Shown piece after piece: positions 1 through 14,200 of a DNA stretch of 64,000 nt. The notes beneath the pieces are model-generated. The model made no database searches. It was not told the origin of the DNA and saw only the letters and a program-made list of their open reading frames with translations. Each line of letters begins with the position of its first letter. Position 1 is the stretch's first letter. The position numbers and the translations under genes were made by a program. Origin of the DNA: the human T2T-CHM13v2.0 reference genome, Homo sapiens; NCBI RefSeq assembly GCF_009914755.1, contig NC_060925.1. The stretch is one strand, 5' to 3'.

Positions 1-12
1 AATTAAAGATGA

Positions 13-305
13 GACTGGGTGCGGTGGCTCATGCCTGTAATCCCAGCAGTTTGGGAAGCTGAGGCGGGCAGTGGCTTGAACCCAGGAGTTCGAGACCAGC
101 CAGGCAACATGGCAAAACCCTATCTCTACAAAAACTTTAAAATTTAGTCAGGTGTGGTTGTGTGTGCCTGCGGTCCCAGCTACTTGGGAAGCTGAGGTGG
201 GAGGATCACTTAGGCCTGAGAGGTCGAGGCTACAGTGAGCCTTGTTGGCGCCACTGTGCTCCAGCCTGGGTGACAGAGCAAGACCCTGTCAAAAAAAAAA
301 AAAAA
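13..305 (+). mobile_element. Alu SINE (AluJ-type)
   Basis: Dimeric Alu with J-type right arm (GGTGGGAGGATCACTT...GACCCTGTC) and A-tail. Confidence 0.9.
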
Positions 306-363
306 CAAATCAAGATAATTATGAAGTACTTATATAATTATTTAACAATGTAAACAACATCTC

Positions 364-643
364 GGCCAGGCTCGATGGCTCACACTTGTAATCCTAGCAC
401 TTTGGGAGGCCAAGGAGGGTGGATCACTTGAGCTCAGGAGTTTGAGACCAGTATGGACAACATGACAAAACCCCATCTTTAAAAAAATCCAAAAATTAGC
501 CCAGCGTCGTGCCATGTGCCTGTAGTCACAGCTACTTGGGAGGTTGAGATGGGAGGTTGGCTTGAGCCCAAGAGGCGGAGGTTGCAGTGAAGTGAGTTGT
601 GATTTTGTCCAGCCGGGTGACACAGCCAGACCCTGTCTCAAAA
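364..643 (+). mobile_element. Alu SINE (AluJ-type), apparently inserted into a MER58-like DNA transposon relic (~310-709)
   Basis: Alu dimer; flanks read ACAATGTAAACAACATCTC / CACAAAAACAGAATTTGGCCAGTGTAGTTTGCTGACCCT, resembling the MER58 terminus. Confidence 0.8.
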
Positions 644-1289
644 TTTAAAAGTGTCTCAGCCCATGGACCACACAAAAACAGAATTTGGCCAGTGTAGTTT
701 GCTGACCCTTAGCTTAAAGCAGCACCTGGCACACAATAAATGCTCAATAAATGGTAGTTTCTATTATCCAAATCAGGGCTCTTTCGATTGCTCTGAACTG
801 CTTATGCTCCATGTAACATAAATAACAGGAAACAAGGTGCGGGCTGACCAACTTAGCCAACCTGTTTGTTTAGACACAAGCCAAAGTTACCAAGATGTAA
901 CGCGTCTCCGTGCTCCTCCCTGTATCAGAGCCTTCCTATTCGTGTCCTGCTCCAGTAGGTAAAGCAGCCAATGCTCTAACTGTTCTCAGGGAAGCCTCAA
1001 GTCAGGTGCCATATGAAGACAGGCGGGAGGAGCTGGAATGGTTTCTGGGCAGAGGTAGAGACCGGAGAAGAAGAGAGGGGCCCATCCCACAGCTCTGAGG
1101 TGTCCCAGACTCTGGAGCACTATGCTATCTTCCAGCTGTGGCATCCTGGCCACATCCTGCCTCTTGTACCTGTAGAAGGCCAGTTCTGTCCATCAGCCAC
1201 CTCCTGCTACTTTAGAGCAGCCCTGCCTGGGGCAGATCCAGACATAAATTCAACCACAGCTCTGAGTTAGAAGGGACCCCATCATCTAC

Positions 1290-1425
1290 TTCCAATCACC
1301 CCATTTTACCAATAGGAAAATTAAGGCCTGGGTTGGAGAAGTGACTTGCCTGAGGCCGCATAGCAGGCACAGTTATGCTGGGATTAAAAACCCAGGCTCC
1401 TGCCTCCCAGGCCAGTGCTTTTTTC
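1290..1425. mobile_element. MIR fragment
   Basis: MIR core CCCATTTTAC..AGGAAAATTAAGGC..AAGTGACTTGCCTGAGGCCGCATAGC. Confidence 0.7.
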
Positions 1426-1554
1426 TTGCCTGAGTTCCTGCAGGTTTCTCTTTGGCGCATAATGGAAATACCAGTGGAGTTGTCTGGTGCAGTTTTTTAT
1501 GCTTATCAGAGAGCAGCTGGATTTGATGTAGATGCAGCCGTCTTCAGAGGGTAT

Positions 1555-2500
1555 TCTCTTGTTTATCAACATTCCTTGAGCTCCTTCTATGTGCCAGGCT
1601 GTGTGCTGAGCACAAAAGATGAAAAGAGAGCCAATGTCTTCTTTCAAAGACTCAGTTTACAACTGGATGTGATTATTGTTTCTCATTGGTTGGTTTGCGT
1701 ATTTGTTTGTTCATTCAACAAACATTATTGAGCACATACTTTGTGTCAGGCATGGCACTAGATGCTGGGACTAAGCATTAGTAAAGCCTCTGCCTTTGCA
1801 AAAATTATGATCTAGTGAGAGAGATACACAATAAATGAAATAAACACAGAATAGTATGCACATAGGTGTTTGAAAACAAGTTCTCCAGGAGAAAAAAGAA
1901 AGTACCCTAATTTGTAGCCTTTGGTGATTTTCAAGTAGCTAGTCAATGGTGAAGTCAGGATTTGAACTCAAGCAACTGGTTTCTGAGTTCCTTCTTAAAA
2001 CCAAATTGCCTAATGTTTTCATTAACTGGCTGTGTGACCTTGAACCAGCCATTTCACTATCCCTGTTAAGTGAGATGAAGGTGATGAGTTCCATCAGAGA
2101 TTCTAAATTGAGGGCAGGAGGGGCCTTAGTGTACTCTCCCTGTGACCAATTTCAAGCTATCAACATGGTGTCACTGAGTGCCAATTTGGGAGTGATTCAC
2201 ACAGCTGGCTCTTGCAGCCCCATATTGCATGGGCCCTAGACAGATGACAAGTGCTCTGAAGGAAAAGAAGCAGGTTACAGGGTGGGAGAGTGAGGGAGGC
2301 TGTGCTATCTTAGATTGGCTGGTCAGGCAGGTCTTTCTGAGAGGCAAGATTTGAACAGAGACCTGAATGAAGTAAGGAAGCCAGATATTTAGTGAATATT
2401 TAGGAAATGAGCATCCCAGGCAGAGGGAACAACACGTGCAAAGGCCCTGAGTCAGGACTGTGCTTGGCCCTTTGAGGAACGGCGAGACCAGTCTGCAGTG
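1555..2500 (-). mobile_element. L2 LINE fragments
   Basis: TTCATTCAACAAACATTATTGAGCAC..., GGCAGAGGGAACAACACGTGCAAAGGCCCTGAG typical of the L2 3' region. Confidence 0.65.
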
Positions 2501-3067
2501 AACACAGGATTTAGGGGAGCACACAGAGGGGGAATTTGAATTCAACAGGTATGTGCAGCAGTAGTGAGGGCAAGAGTTGTTAGCTGGACAAAGGGATGAT
2601 ATTTGCAGGGTATCTTAAAACATGAGGACAGGTTTAACCAGAAGGGTTGGAGTGTGGGCAGAAATGGAAAGAGAAGAGAGCTCTGGAAAGAAAGAATGGT
2701 GTGAGCAAAGGTGCCAAAGGTTGGAACAGAGTAATATGGCGGGGGATTGGGAGCATATGGCCAGTCAAACCTGCACGGGTAAGTGAGAGCCACATCGTGA
2801 AGCTAGTGATAGTTTTTCACCTGGGATAGACATATAGGCAGGCATTTGTGGAGGATAAATTTGACAGGGAGACACAAAAGGCAAAGAGGCTACTCTGGAG
2901 GCTACTGGTACAGGATAGAAAGGATGGATGAGTGCTTGATTTAGGGAAGAGAGAAAAGGATGGACGTGGAACAATAACCTCATGTCTCTGTAATGATTTA
3001 CACTAAGGGCTTTCATGCATGCCATTGCTACTCACCTTCACAACAGCCCTGCGAGGTACATGGGATA

Positions 3068-3582
3068 TGTGGTGTGGTGGGTTCAAGATGGTGAAAAATC
3101 TTTGACACTCCTCCCTTCACTTCGCCTTGAATCTGGGCTGGGCCCATATCTCATTTATAGCTAATAGAATGTAGCAGAAGTGACACAAAGGGACTTCCAA
3201 GACTAGGTCACAGGTAACCATTTTGTTTCTGCCTTGGCGTCTTGGCATGCATGCTCTATGGGAAGCCAGCTGCCTTGTGAGAAGTCTGACTACTCTAAGA
3301 AGAAGTCCCAGCTAGAGATGACACATGGCAAGAGAGGTGTCCAACCAGCGTCCAGACTTGCAGCCTTCCCAGCCCAGGTAAGTAAAAAAGCCACCTTGGA
3401 CATCAAGCCCAGTCAAGCCTTTGGATAAGTCCAGCCCCAGGGGCCTCTGACTGCAGCTGCGCTAGACCCCAAGCAAGAACCACCCAGCTGAGTCCAGTCA
3501 ACACGAACCCTGAGAGGTAATAATTGTTGTAAGCCATTAAGGTTTAGGGTGGTTTGTGATGCCACAATAGATAATCAGAAGA
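3068..3582 (+). mobile_element. MLT1 (MLT1H-like) MaLR solo LTR splitting a MIR
   Basis: AATAGAATGTAGCAGAAGTGAC, AAGCCATTAAGGTTTAGGGTGGTTTGTGATGCCACAATAGATAATCAG end; MIR halves at ~2985-3060 and ~3583-3700. Confidence 0.75.
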
Positions 3583-5245
3583 TACCTGATATTATCCCCA
3601 TTTTAGATGGGGAACTGAGGCTCAGGGAGATCACGAGGGCTTGTCCAAAGTCATATGGCTAATAAATGCTAGAGCCAGAGCCAAAATCCAGATGTGCTGA
3701 CATTTATAACTGTTGTTTGGACTCCTTTCTGCTCTGTCATTACCATCCTCTCCCATGCCCTGGGCCCAGAAAGGTTGGGGAGGGAGGGAGCCAGCCATCT
3801 GAGTCTTTTTGCCAGCCCAAAGGAGAGGTCTACTCATGCCATTTATAGCAGCCCAGTTCTCAGGGGGGTTAGAGAAGTGTGTCCCCTCCAGCATCCTGAT
3901 GCCCAAAGGGTACTCCCTTCTGGCATGTCCTCATGTTCTTCCTCTCTCTATTCAAGTCCTTCTGTCAACCAGCTGTCCCCTTGGGAATGAAGAAACGCAC
4001 ATTTACTGAGCATCATCTGCCTAAGCATTTTTACATGATGTTAGCTCATATAATCCATATGGCATGAATACCAAGTAGATACTGCCACAATTGGTGGGAA
4101 ACTGAGGCTCAGAGGGGAAGATCTTTGCCCAGACTCACACAGCAAGTGAGTTTCAGAGCCTGGATTCCAACCCAGATTTCTCTATTCTACCATCTGCATT
4201 CCTTCCACTGGAAGATGGGGCTAATGTTATGCAGACATGCCACCAGAGCATCTGATGTGACACAGGTTCTCAGTGTATGCCACATTCCCTTCCTTTTCCC
4301 TCCCTCTATTTCTGCTCCATCCCAGAGAAATTCAGAACCTGCCAAAAGGCAAGAGAAGTCCTTGAGTAGAAAAATAAGACTCAACAATTATTGAACTCTC
4401 TGTGATATAGGCTCAAGGATTATCTTATTCTCACAAATACACTGTGAATTTAGGTGCTGTTATTAGCTCCACTTTCCATCTGATGAAGTCAAGGCTTAGA
4501 CAGATAAGAAACTTGCCCAAGATCCTACAGCTAGTAAGGGATGGATTCAAGATCGAAACCCTGGTGTTTTTGTCTCTGAAGTTCATGCTCTTAAACAGCA
4601 AAGCCTACCTCAGCCCCTGAACTGGGAGCTCCCATGCCAGCTGCATGCCTGGCAGCCTGCCTGATAGAGCAGGACTGGGCAGGCTGATTAATGAGGGGAA
4701 CGACCTGGGGAAGGAATGAGGTCACATTCCAGGAGGCTGAGGCAAGGCTGTTCACGAATCACTTCAAAATACTCACTCTCTTGGAAAAATACTAGCAGGG
4801 TTGGATACTCATGCCAAATAAGAAAACTAGATATACAAAATGGATATTAGGACTGAGCATAGTATTCAACCTTCCAGGGCCATAGGCCTAAAGGGGACCA
4901 ATTGCTCAGCCATGGGTCATAGCCTTCCAAGGACTCGTTCATGTCCTGCCCCCTTCCCATACCTATCCCTGGTCTCCAGAAGATCAGATGGCCTTCCCTC
5001 TGACTTCCACCCCTCTTTGTATGTGACTTAAGCACATAACATGTGCTTGAATTATTAATAAATTCATTGGCTTTAAAGATATTTTTTGGGCACCGACTTG
5101 ATGTCAGGCACTGTGCTAGGAGTAGTGAATATGACATATTAGTTACCCCCTTGGCCCTTACAATCTAGTGAGGAAGGTAGACATTAAACTGGAGATGAAC
5201 ATTTTGATAGGATAGGGTGCTATAGGAACTAACATTCTTCCTTTC

Positions 5246-5293
5246 TTCTTTCCCTTCCCCATTCCTCCCTTCTTTCCCTTCCCCATTCCTCCC
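5246..5293. repeat. 24-bp pyrimidine-rich tandem duplication
   Basis: TTCTTTCCCTTCCCCATTCCTCCC x2, exact. Confidence 0.9.
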
Positions 5294-5858
5294 TTTTTCT
5301 ATTATCTCCTTCCTTCCAGAAATACTTATTAAGAACCTACTATGTGCTAGTATCAGTCGAGGTGCTAGAGAAGAAAGCAGTGAACAACAGAGATGCTTGC
5401 CCCCTTGGAGCTTATATCCCAGTGATGACTGGGGAATTTGACTTGGGATAGGAACAACTTGTGAAGGAACTTGTGAGCCATGCCAGAGTTTGAACTTTAT
5501 CTGGTTGGTAAAAGAGAACCTAAAATTGAATTTAGGCAAGGGAATAGTCTGAGCAGATTTGTGTTTCAGAAAAATCGCAGGAAAACTATATGGAGGATGA
5601 GTGGCAGGAGGTGAGACTGGAAGCAGCAAGATCAGATTGGAGGTTGCTGGGAGACCATGAGAGAGACAGGTTGGTGCTCTAGACCAAGTGGGCTATTGAG
5701 AAAGGAAGAGAGCCCCATAACTCACTCCCACAGGGTGAGTAGTGACAGTGGCACCTTGGACAGGATGGCAGAGTAGCACCTCTTCAAACTGATACTTAAA
5801 AAAATCATGGACACATCTATTTGGTGGGCATAGAGAGAAACAAATGACTTGTTATTAA

Positions 5859-6239
<381 letters not shown>

Positions 6240-6309
6240 TCATTTGAATTATCTTTCATTTCACAATTTCTCTGTCACTCATAGGAGGGTAGCAAACTGA
6301 GGCACCATG

Positions 6310-6618
6310 GGATGAGTCCATCTACCCCACTGGAGAGACCACATGGAGAGGGGGAGGGGTCCAGCTGAGCCCAGCCCAGTCTCCCGCTGTCCCCAGCGGG
6401 GTGCCAGGCATGTGAGTGATGACATCCAGGATCCTCAGACCAGACCAGATGCCACCTGAATACCACTGAGTAGCCCCAGTCAAAGCTCTATGAAGCCTAA
6501 GTGTCTCCAGGCTAAGCCCTGCCTGAATTTATGACCCATAAATGGTGAGATATAGTAAAATGTTAGTATGTTCAAGCCAGTTTTGTTGTTTGCTGCTCAG
6601 CAATTAATAAACAGAACA
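6310..6618 (+). mobile_element. MLT1 (MLT1G-like) LTR, 3' part
   Basis: GGAGAGACCACATGGAGAG..GCCAGGCATGTGAGTGA..AAGCCAGTTTTG..GCAATTAATAAACAGAACA. Confidence 0.6.
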
Positions 6619-6679
6619 GCCCCATTTGTTGACAGTCAAGCAACATCGAAGTTGACAAGCCCCTGCACCACCTGGAAGC

Positions 6680-7170
6680 CTTGTCATGTGATCCCCACAG
6701 AGGCCACTGTGGCTGAGTCTCCAGTGTCCATTACATCCCAGCTGATTGCTCTAAGTAAACCTTGCTAACATCATTCTCCTTGACAGGTGGATATGGGGAG
6801 GCTTGAGACAATGTAAGCCCCTGTGTCATGAGGGGAGGCTCCTAAACACTCTAGTAAAAGATTTTTCATGGGTATCAGCTCTCTTTCTCTCCTTCACTGG
6901 ATGTGAAAAAAGACATATATCCCAATTGCCATTAGCAGCCACCATCTTATTACAGGGGGAACTAGACTTGGGAAGAAGCCAGTGTTATTGAGGGCAGAGG
7001 GGAGAGATGGAAAGAACCTAAGACCACAATGGTATCAATGAATCACTGAATCAACCAACCCTGAAGCCCACCCTACAGTTGGACAGGTGCTATGTGAACC
7101 AATTCTTAAGTTTCCAGCTTAAGCTAATTTGTGCAGGATTTTTTGCTTGCTACTCAAGGCAACCTACTTA
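6680..7170 (+). mobile_element. Old MLT1 (K/L-like) LTR
   Basis: GCAGCCACCATCTT..GAGAGATGGAAAGAACCT..CTGAATCAACCAACCCTGAAGCCC..GCTTAAGCTAATTTG. Confidence 0.55.
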
Positions 7171-7767
7171 ATTTAATGCTATGGTTCCTTTCTGTGGAAT
7201 ATGGATATTTAGTTGGTAAATTCAATTTCTTAATTTCTAGCTTATCCTGAACTCAACCTATTCTCACTTGCTGTAGTTAAAGCCCTAGAATGGAGAATGA
7301 GAGAGAAATATTCTTGAGCCAGCTATCATTTAAACCATAATTTTGACTTACTACACAAAATCCATGAAAGCAGTGCCTCTAAACAGTAAGAGTGCTACCA
7401 ATGAATATTAATAGCAATAATTATAAGAAGGATAACAAATATCATGGAGGAGTCGCAATATGCCAAACATTGTTTTAAATACCATATGGATTACCTCATT
7501 TAATTCCCATAACACTTCCATGTGGTTAGAGATATTTTAATCTCCATTTTACAGAGCAGAATCTGAGACAGGAAAAAATTAAGTTAATTTTTTTCTAGGT
7601 CACACAGCAGCAAGTGGTGGAATTGGAATTTAAACTGAGAAAGTCTGACTCCCGAGCTCTGTCTCTTAACAACTATTATAAACCAAGGTAGTAGTAACAA
7701 GGAAAGTAGTAGCACCAATAAAATAAATAAGAAGTATTATAGATTTGTTAGTAAGAAAGGACGACTC

Positions 7768-8120
<353 letters not shown>

Positions 8121-8258
8121 TCAATTATGAGGTACAAGTGGACCCTCAATATTTTACACATGCCCATGAACACTACTTATTGATGTTTTATAAATAGCTA
8201 CATTATTACATATTCATATACACATATATATACTATGGATTTATTGTGTGTGTGTGTG

Positions 8259-8540
8259 TTTTTTTAGACAGAGTCTTGCTCTATCACCCAGGCTGGAGTG
8301 AGTGTAGTGGTGCAATCTCAGCTCACTGCAACCTCTGCCTCCCAGCTTCAAGTGATTCTCGTGTTTCAGCCTCTGGAGTAGCGGGATTACAGGTGCACGC
8401 TACCATGCCCCGCTAATTTTTAGTAGAGACGGGGTTTCACCATGTTGGCCAGGCTGGTCTTGAACTCCCGACCTCAAGTGATCCAGCCACCTCAGCATCC
8501 CAAAGTACTGTGACTACAGGCATGAGCCACTGTGCTCAGA
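8259..8540 (-). mobile_element. AluS SINE
   Basis: Reverse Alu dimer next to a short (TG)n. Confidence 0.9.
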
Positions 8541-8771
8541 TGATTTACTGTTAATGTTTCTTTTTTATGTGACCTTTCAAACTTTAGTTTTATTAATCAT
8601 GGTAACGTATTTTGGGAGAAAGCTGTGACCCTAGACAACAGGTGTCAAAACCAAGCCCCATAGCAGTGGTTTTCCCTTGATCAGCCCCAGTTGCTCCCTC
8701 TGGCTTCACTTCCTCCTGGCTGCCTCTGAACTCACCGTGCTAACACTTCCAACTGTAGTCAGGTCACTGGG

Positions 8772-8829
8772 GCAAAATGCAGAGGAACTGGATATCGCAA
8801 AATGCAGAGGAGCTGGGTATCCCAAAATG
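8772..8829. repeat. 25-bp tandem repeat, 2.3 copies
   Basis: GCAAAATGCAGAGGA(A/G)CTGG(A/G)TATC x2 followed by CCAAAATG. Confidence 0.85.
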
Positions 8830-8948
8830 AGTTCTGCATCTGTTTGAGATAAGACCTTCATTCCTCCAATGTCACTGGTATGTCTGCTTAGAGGAAAGGA
8901 GCTCCTGACTGGCTGATTTTACCACCAATTTTGCCAGAGCCTAGGCAT

Positions 8949-8959
8949 TGCTGAGTCAC
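8949..8959 (-). promoter_or_regulatory. NRF2/NF-E2/small-MAF antioxidant response element motif
   Basis: TGCTGAGTCAC = reverse GTGACTCAGCA, a full consensus match, in apparently non-repeat DNA; motif evidence only. Confidence 0.35.
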
Positions 8960-9949
8960 ACATGTACCTGCTCTTCAGGCTCTTTCTTCTGAAAAGTAAA
9001 ACTCTTCAGTATCGTGGCTAGGCTTCCATACAGACCCAGCCTTCACAAACAAACAAGCTGTCAGGTCAAATCCTTGGAGAAGTGAGTCTGTATTCAAACC
9101 AGAGCCCTCCAAGGGCTGCATGGGAAATGTTCCCTCTCTGGGATTCAGTCTGTTCTGAGGACTGGGCAGCGGGCAACCTCTGAACAAAGACAATTCCTGT
9201 ATTTTGAGGCTCTTGAGCATCGCGTTGATCTTACGAAGTGGCCAGGCACGCGCCAGCCTCCTCAGAGGCAAATACTCCAGGGAACAACGTTGCTTATTGA
9301 CAACAGACGCCTGTGAGTGGGAAGCATCATTCCCTTCCGAGAATTTGATTCCATTCAAGGCTGCTGAAGAAAATTTGTTTTTTAAAACATGACAGATTTT
9401 TTCCAGATGATATCCAGGTTTGCTAGCAATTTAAGAGACCTGCTATATTTTATACTGAGTGTATCCACTCCCTGCAAAAAACAGATCACAGAGATTGCAA
9501 CCCTCCCCATGTTGAAAGAACTTTTCTCCAACTGATGTCATTATCGCCTTATTTCAAGCTGTTCCCACAGAATTCACCCTGATCTTCTCCTTTGTGCCTT
9601 CATTTATTTATACATTCAACACATGCTTTCATTTCACATGAAGAGATTGTCACATTCCAGGCACTGGGCAAGCTATTGAGAATACTGGGGTGTACAAGAT
9701 AGATACACTTCCTGCCATGATGGAGTTTAGCAGGGAGGGCTGACCAGTTCTTAGAGGGTGGTGAGTATAATCACAGGGCAATATGGTGGGTATTCTCAGC
9801 AGGTACTGGGGATGAGGTGGGGCATCTAGACAGGCTGTGAGGCAGGGAACATCTTCTTAAGCAAGTGGAGTGTAACCCAAGACCTAAGGATGAGTAGTAC
9901 TGGGCCAGGGGAAGAGGTAGAACAGAGTGTTCCAGGCTATGCAGATGTC

Positions 9950-10512
9950 GTCCACTGGCACTCAATATCTACTCCAACCTTCTTCTACCGTGTTAGTCTG
10001 GAAAGCTAAAAGCCACATTTTCTGGGTTTCTTTGTAGTACGTGTTCTGAATGTGAATTAGCTCCATCAGTCAGTGCATTCCTGCGGGATTTGGAAGATGG
10101 GGGTGCTGCAGTGGCCTCACCTCCCTGCTTCTGTGGCTTCTGCTGGTTGGTAAGCTCCTCATGGACGGAAGTCTGGCCGCCACAAGGCACTTCTTGATTT
10201 TGGTGGCTTCCTGGGTATTTCAGTTTCTAGGTTGTGGCTGTTTGCTGGTTTTGGTGGGTTTTTGATCCTGGCAGAGAGCTGCTGCAGGGGCAGCTTCCCA
10301 ATTTGGCTGCCAGCTCCCTGATGGCAGAAGAGACAAAAGCACCCGAGGTGGCCAGATCTGCCTGCAGCTCTTGGGGTTGTCTTAGAGTCTCATTTTCCCG
10401 GCTTGCCATTGCTTCTGGAACCATGTAATATCCTGCAATAAATAAATCCCTTACTACTTAATCTAACTAGAATCGCTTCTCATTCCTATAACTGATCCCT
10501 AAACAACTTACA
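9950..10512 (+). mobile_element. LTR33-like ERVL solo LTR
   Basis: CTAAAAGCCACATTTTCTGGG..GATTTGGAAG..AATAAATCCCTT..TAACTAGAATCGCTTCT end. Confidence 0.5.
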
Positions 10513-10967
10513 GACCATAGGAACCACATATGTGAATGTCCACTAGGAAGAAAGCTGGTAGCATTCCAAGGATGCCCCCATGCGTCTGGGACAGAGCCAT
10601 TTAAGGGAAGAAGGACTGGAGGGACAAGAAAGTGCTAAATCATGGAGTGTCTTATTAAGCAGGCTAAAAATCTCTATTGAAAGGGCAACTGAAGGTTTTC
10701 AAGCTGTTTGACCCCAGAACCAGATTTGTACTTTTCAAACACACTGCCCACTAAGTGGAGAAGAGATGGAAGGCAGAGACTGAACACAAGAACACCAGTT
10801 GGAATCTATTGTGTTAGTCCTGGATTCAGAATATGCCTCATGTATCAATACTCAATTCCATGTTGAAAACAGGTAGTTAAGAGATTCTCAAGTTTATTTG
10901 TGTAAAAAATTAGATCTTTCTTACTTCATCTTCTATCTTATTCCAAATAGAGTGTGACCACCATTCT

Positions 10968-11282
<315 letters not shown>

Positions 11283-14200
11283 TGACCACCATTCTAACCA
11301 TCAGTGTGCAATATTTCTTGGCAACCTTGTTGTGTCCTTCAACCCAAGGTCACAGCCACCATAAGGAGGCCCTCTCCATGGCTTTTGTTCTCTCTTTTCC
11401 TTCCTTCCCTCTCTCTCTCCCTATGTATCCTCTGTTACAGTAACTATTCCTCCCCTGTTCCTTTTTCCCTAAAATGGCAATGTCTCGTGAGTTGTAATTA
11501 GCTCTGGGATCCTGTGCTATCTCTTTTTGCCTTGTGGTTTCCCTATATCCCACCCAAATCTTTCTAAGTAGTCCTTTTACTAAGCCCTTCTCAAATTACC
11601 TAATTTGAATGTGCCATCTGTTTCTTGCTGGGACCTTGATGGATACACTGGGTCATTTGTCATGTAGAATTCTCCTACATTTTGGGTTTGGCTAATTGTC
11701 TCTTTGTCATATCATTCAATACATTTCTTTATCCTCTAGATTTCCTGTCAACTGGTAGGTAGACCTAGAGACTTGAAGAGATCCAGATTCAAGGTGTTTT
11801 TGGCAGGTGGGGTGGGAACAACAATATTTCATAGGCGGCTTCTTTATACCTCTATAGCATCTCATTAGAACCCACATAAAATCTGATTGTCTAATTTTTT
11901 TTTTTTTCTGGCAGAAAGCTTGTTGTCAGCTTTCTTTTTTAATTTTTTTTTTTTTATTTTATTTTTATTTCAATAGTTTTTGGGGAACAGGTGGTTTTTT
12001 GTTACATGGATAAGTGCTTTAGTGGTAATTTCTGAGATTTTGGTGCACCTATCATCCAAGCAGTGTACACTGTACCCAATGTGTAGTCTTATCCCTCATG
12101 CTCCTCCTCCCGAGTCCCCAAAGTCCCCATCATTCCTATGCCTTTGTGTCCTCATAGCTTAGCTCCCACTTATAAGTGAGAACATATGATATTTGGTTTT
12201 CCATTCCTGTTTTACTTCACTTAGAATAATGGTCTCCAATTCCATCCAGGTTGCTGCAAATGCCATTATTTCATTCCTTTTTATGGCTGCATAATATTCC
12301 ACAGTGTATATATATACCACATTTTCTTTGTCCACCCATTGGTTGATGGGCATTTAGGCTGGTTCCATGTATTTACAATTGCAAATTGTGCTGCTACAAA
12401 CGTGTGTGCAAGTGTCTTTTTCATATAATGACTTCTTTTCCTCTGAGTAGATACCCAGTAGTGAGATTACTGGATCCAATGGTAGTTCTACTTTTAGTTC
12501 TTTAAGGAATCTCCACACGGTTTTCCATAGCAGTAATACTAGTTTACATTCCCACCAGCATTGTAAAAGTGTTCCCTTTTCACCACATTCATGCCAACAT
12601 CTATTATTTTTTGATTTTTTAATTATGGCCATTCTTGCAGGAGTAAGGTGATATCTCATTGTGGTTTTAATTTTCATTTCCCTGATAATTAAAGATGTTG
12701 ATCATTTTTTCCTGTTTGTTGGCCATTTGTATATTTTCTTTTGAGAATTGTCTATTCATGTCATTTGTCCACTTTTTGATGGGGTTATTTGTTTTTGTTT
12801 TTCTTTCTTGCTGATTTGTTTGAGTTCCCTGTAGATTCTGGATATTAGTCCTTTGTTGGATGTATAGTTTGCAAATATTTTCCCCCATTCAGTGGGTTGT
12901 CTGTTTGCTGATTATTTCTTTTGCTGTGCAGAAGCTTTTTAGTTTAATTAGATCCTATCTATTTATTTTTGTTTTTGTTTCATTTGCTTTTGCATTCTTG
13001 GTCATGATCTCTTTGCCAAGCCAACATCCGGAAGAGTTTTACCAATGCCATCTTCATCATTTTTATGGTTTCAGGTCTTAGATTTAAGTCTTCAATCCAT
13101 CTTGAGCTGATTTTTGTATAAGGTGAGAAATGAGGATCCAGTTTTATTATTCTGCATGTGGCTTGCCAATTATCCCAGCACCATTTGTTGAATAGGGTGC
13201 CCTTTCCCCATTTTATGTTTCTGTTTGCTTTGTCAAAGATCAGTTGGCTGTAAGCATTTGGCTTTATTTCTGCATTCTGTATTCTGTTCCAATGGTCTAT
13301 GTACCTATTTTTATACCAGTACCATACTGTTTTGGTAACCACAGCCTTGTAGTATAGCTTGAAGTCCAGCAATGTGATGCCTCCAGATTTTTTCCTTTTG
13401 CTCAGTCTTGCTTTGGCTATGTCGGGTCTTTCTTTTGGTTCCATATGAAATTTCAGATTGTTTTTCCTGGCTCTGTGAAGAATGATGATGGTACTTTGAT
13501 GGGAATTGTATTGAATCTGTAGATTGCTTTTGTCAGTATGGTCATTTTCACAATATTGATTCTTCCCATCCATGAGCATGGGACGTGTTTCCATTTACTT
13601 GTGTCATTGATGATTTCTTTCAGCAGCGTTTTGTAGATTTCCTTGTAGAGATCTTTCACCTACTTGGTTAGGTATATTCCTAAGTGTTTTATTTTATTTT
13701 TTGCAGCTGTTGTAAAAGGGAATTAGTTCTTTATTTGTTCCTGAGCTTGGTTGTTGTTGGTGTATAGCAGTGCTACTGATTTGTGTACATTGATTTTGTA
13801 TCCTGAAACTTTACTAAATTCATATATCAGATCTAGGAGCATTTTGGACGAGTTTTTAGGGTTTTCCAGGTATACATCATATCATCGGTGAACAGCGACA
13901 GTTTGACTTCCTCTTTACCAATCTGGATGCCCTTTATTTCTTTCTCTTGTCTGATTGCTCTGGCTAGGACTTTCAGTACTATGCTGAATAGAAGTGGTAA
14001 AAGTGGGCAATCTTGTCTTGTTCCAGTTTTCAGTTTCAGTTTTCCATTTGTCCCCATTCAGTATAATGTTGGCTGTGGGTTTTTCACAGATGGCTTTTAT
14101 TATTTTGAGATAAGTCCCTTCTATGCCAGTTTTGCTGAGGGCTTTAATCATAAAGGGATGCTAGCTTTTGTCAAATGCTTTTTCAGCATCTATTGAAATG

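Noticed and set aside
8975-9358. 127-aa ORF in unique DNA
   Set aside because: Non-ATG start, no recognisable domain, and length within chance range
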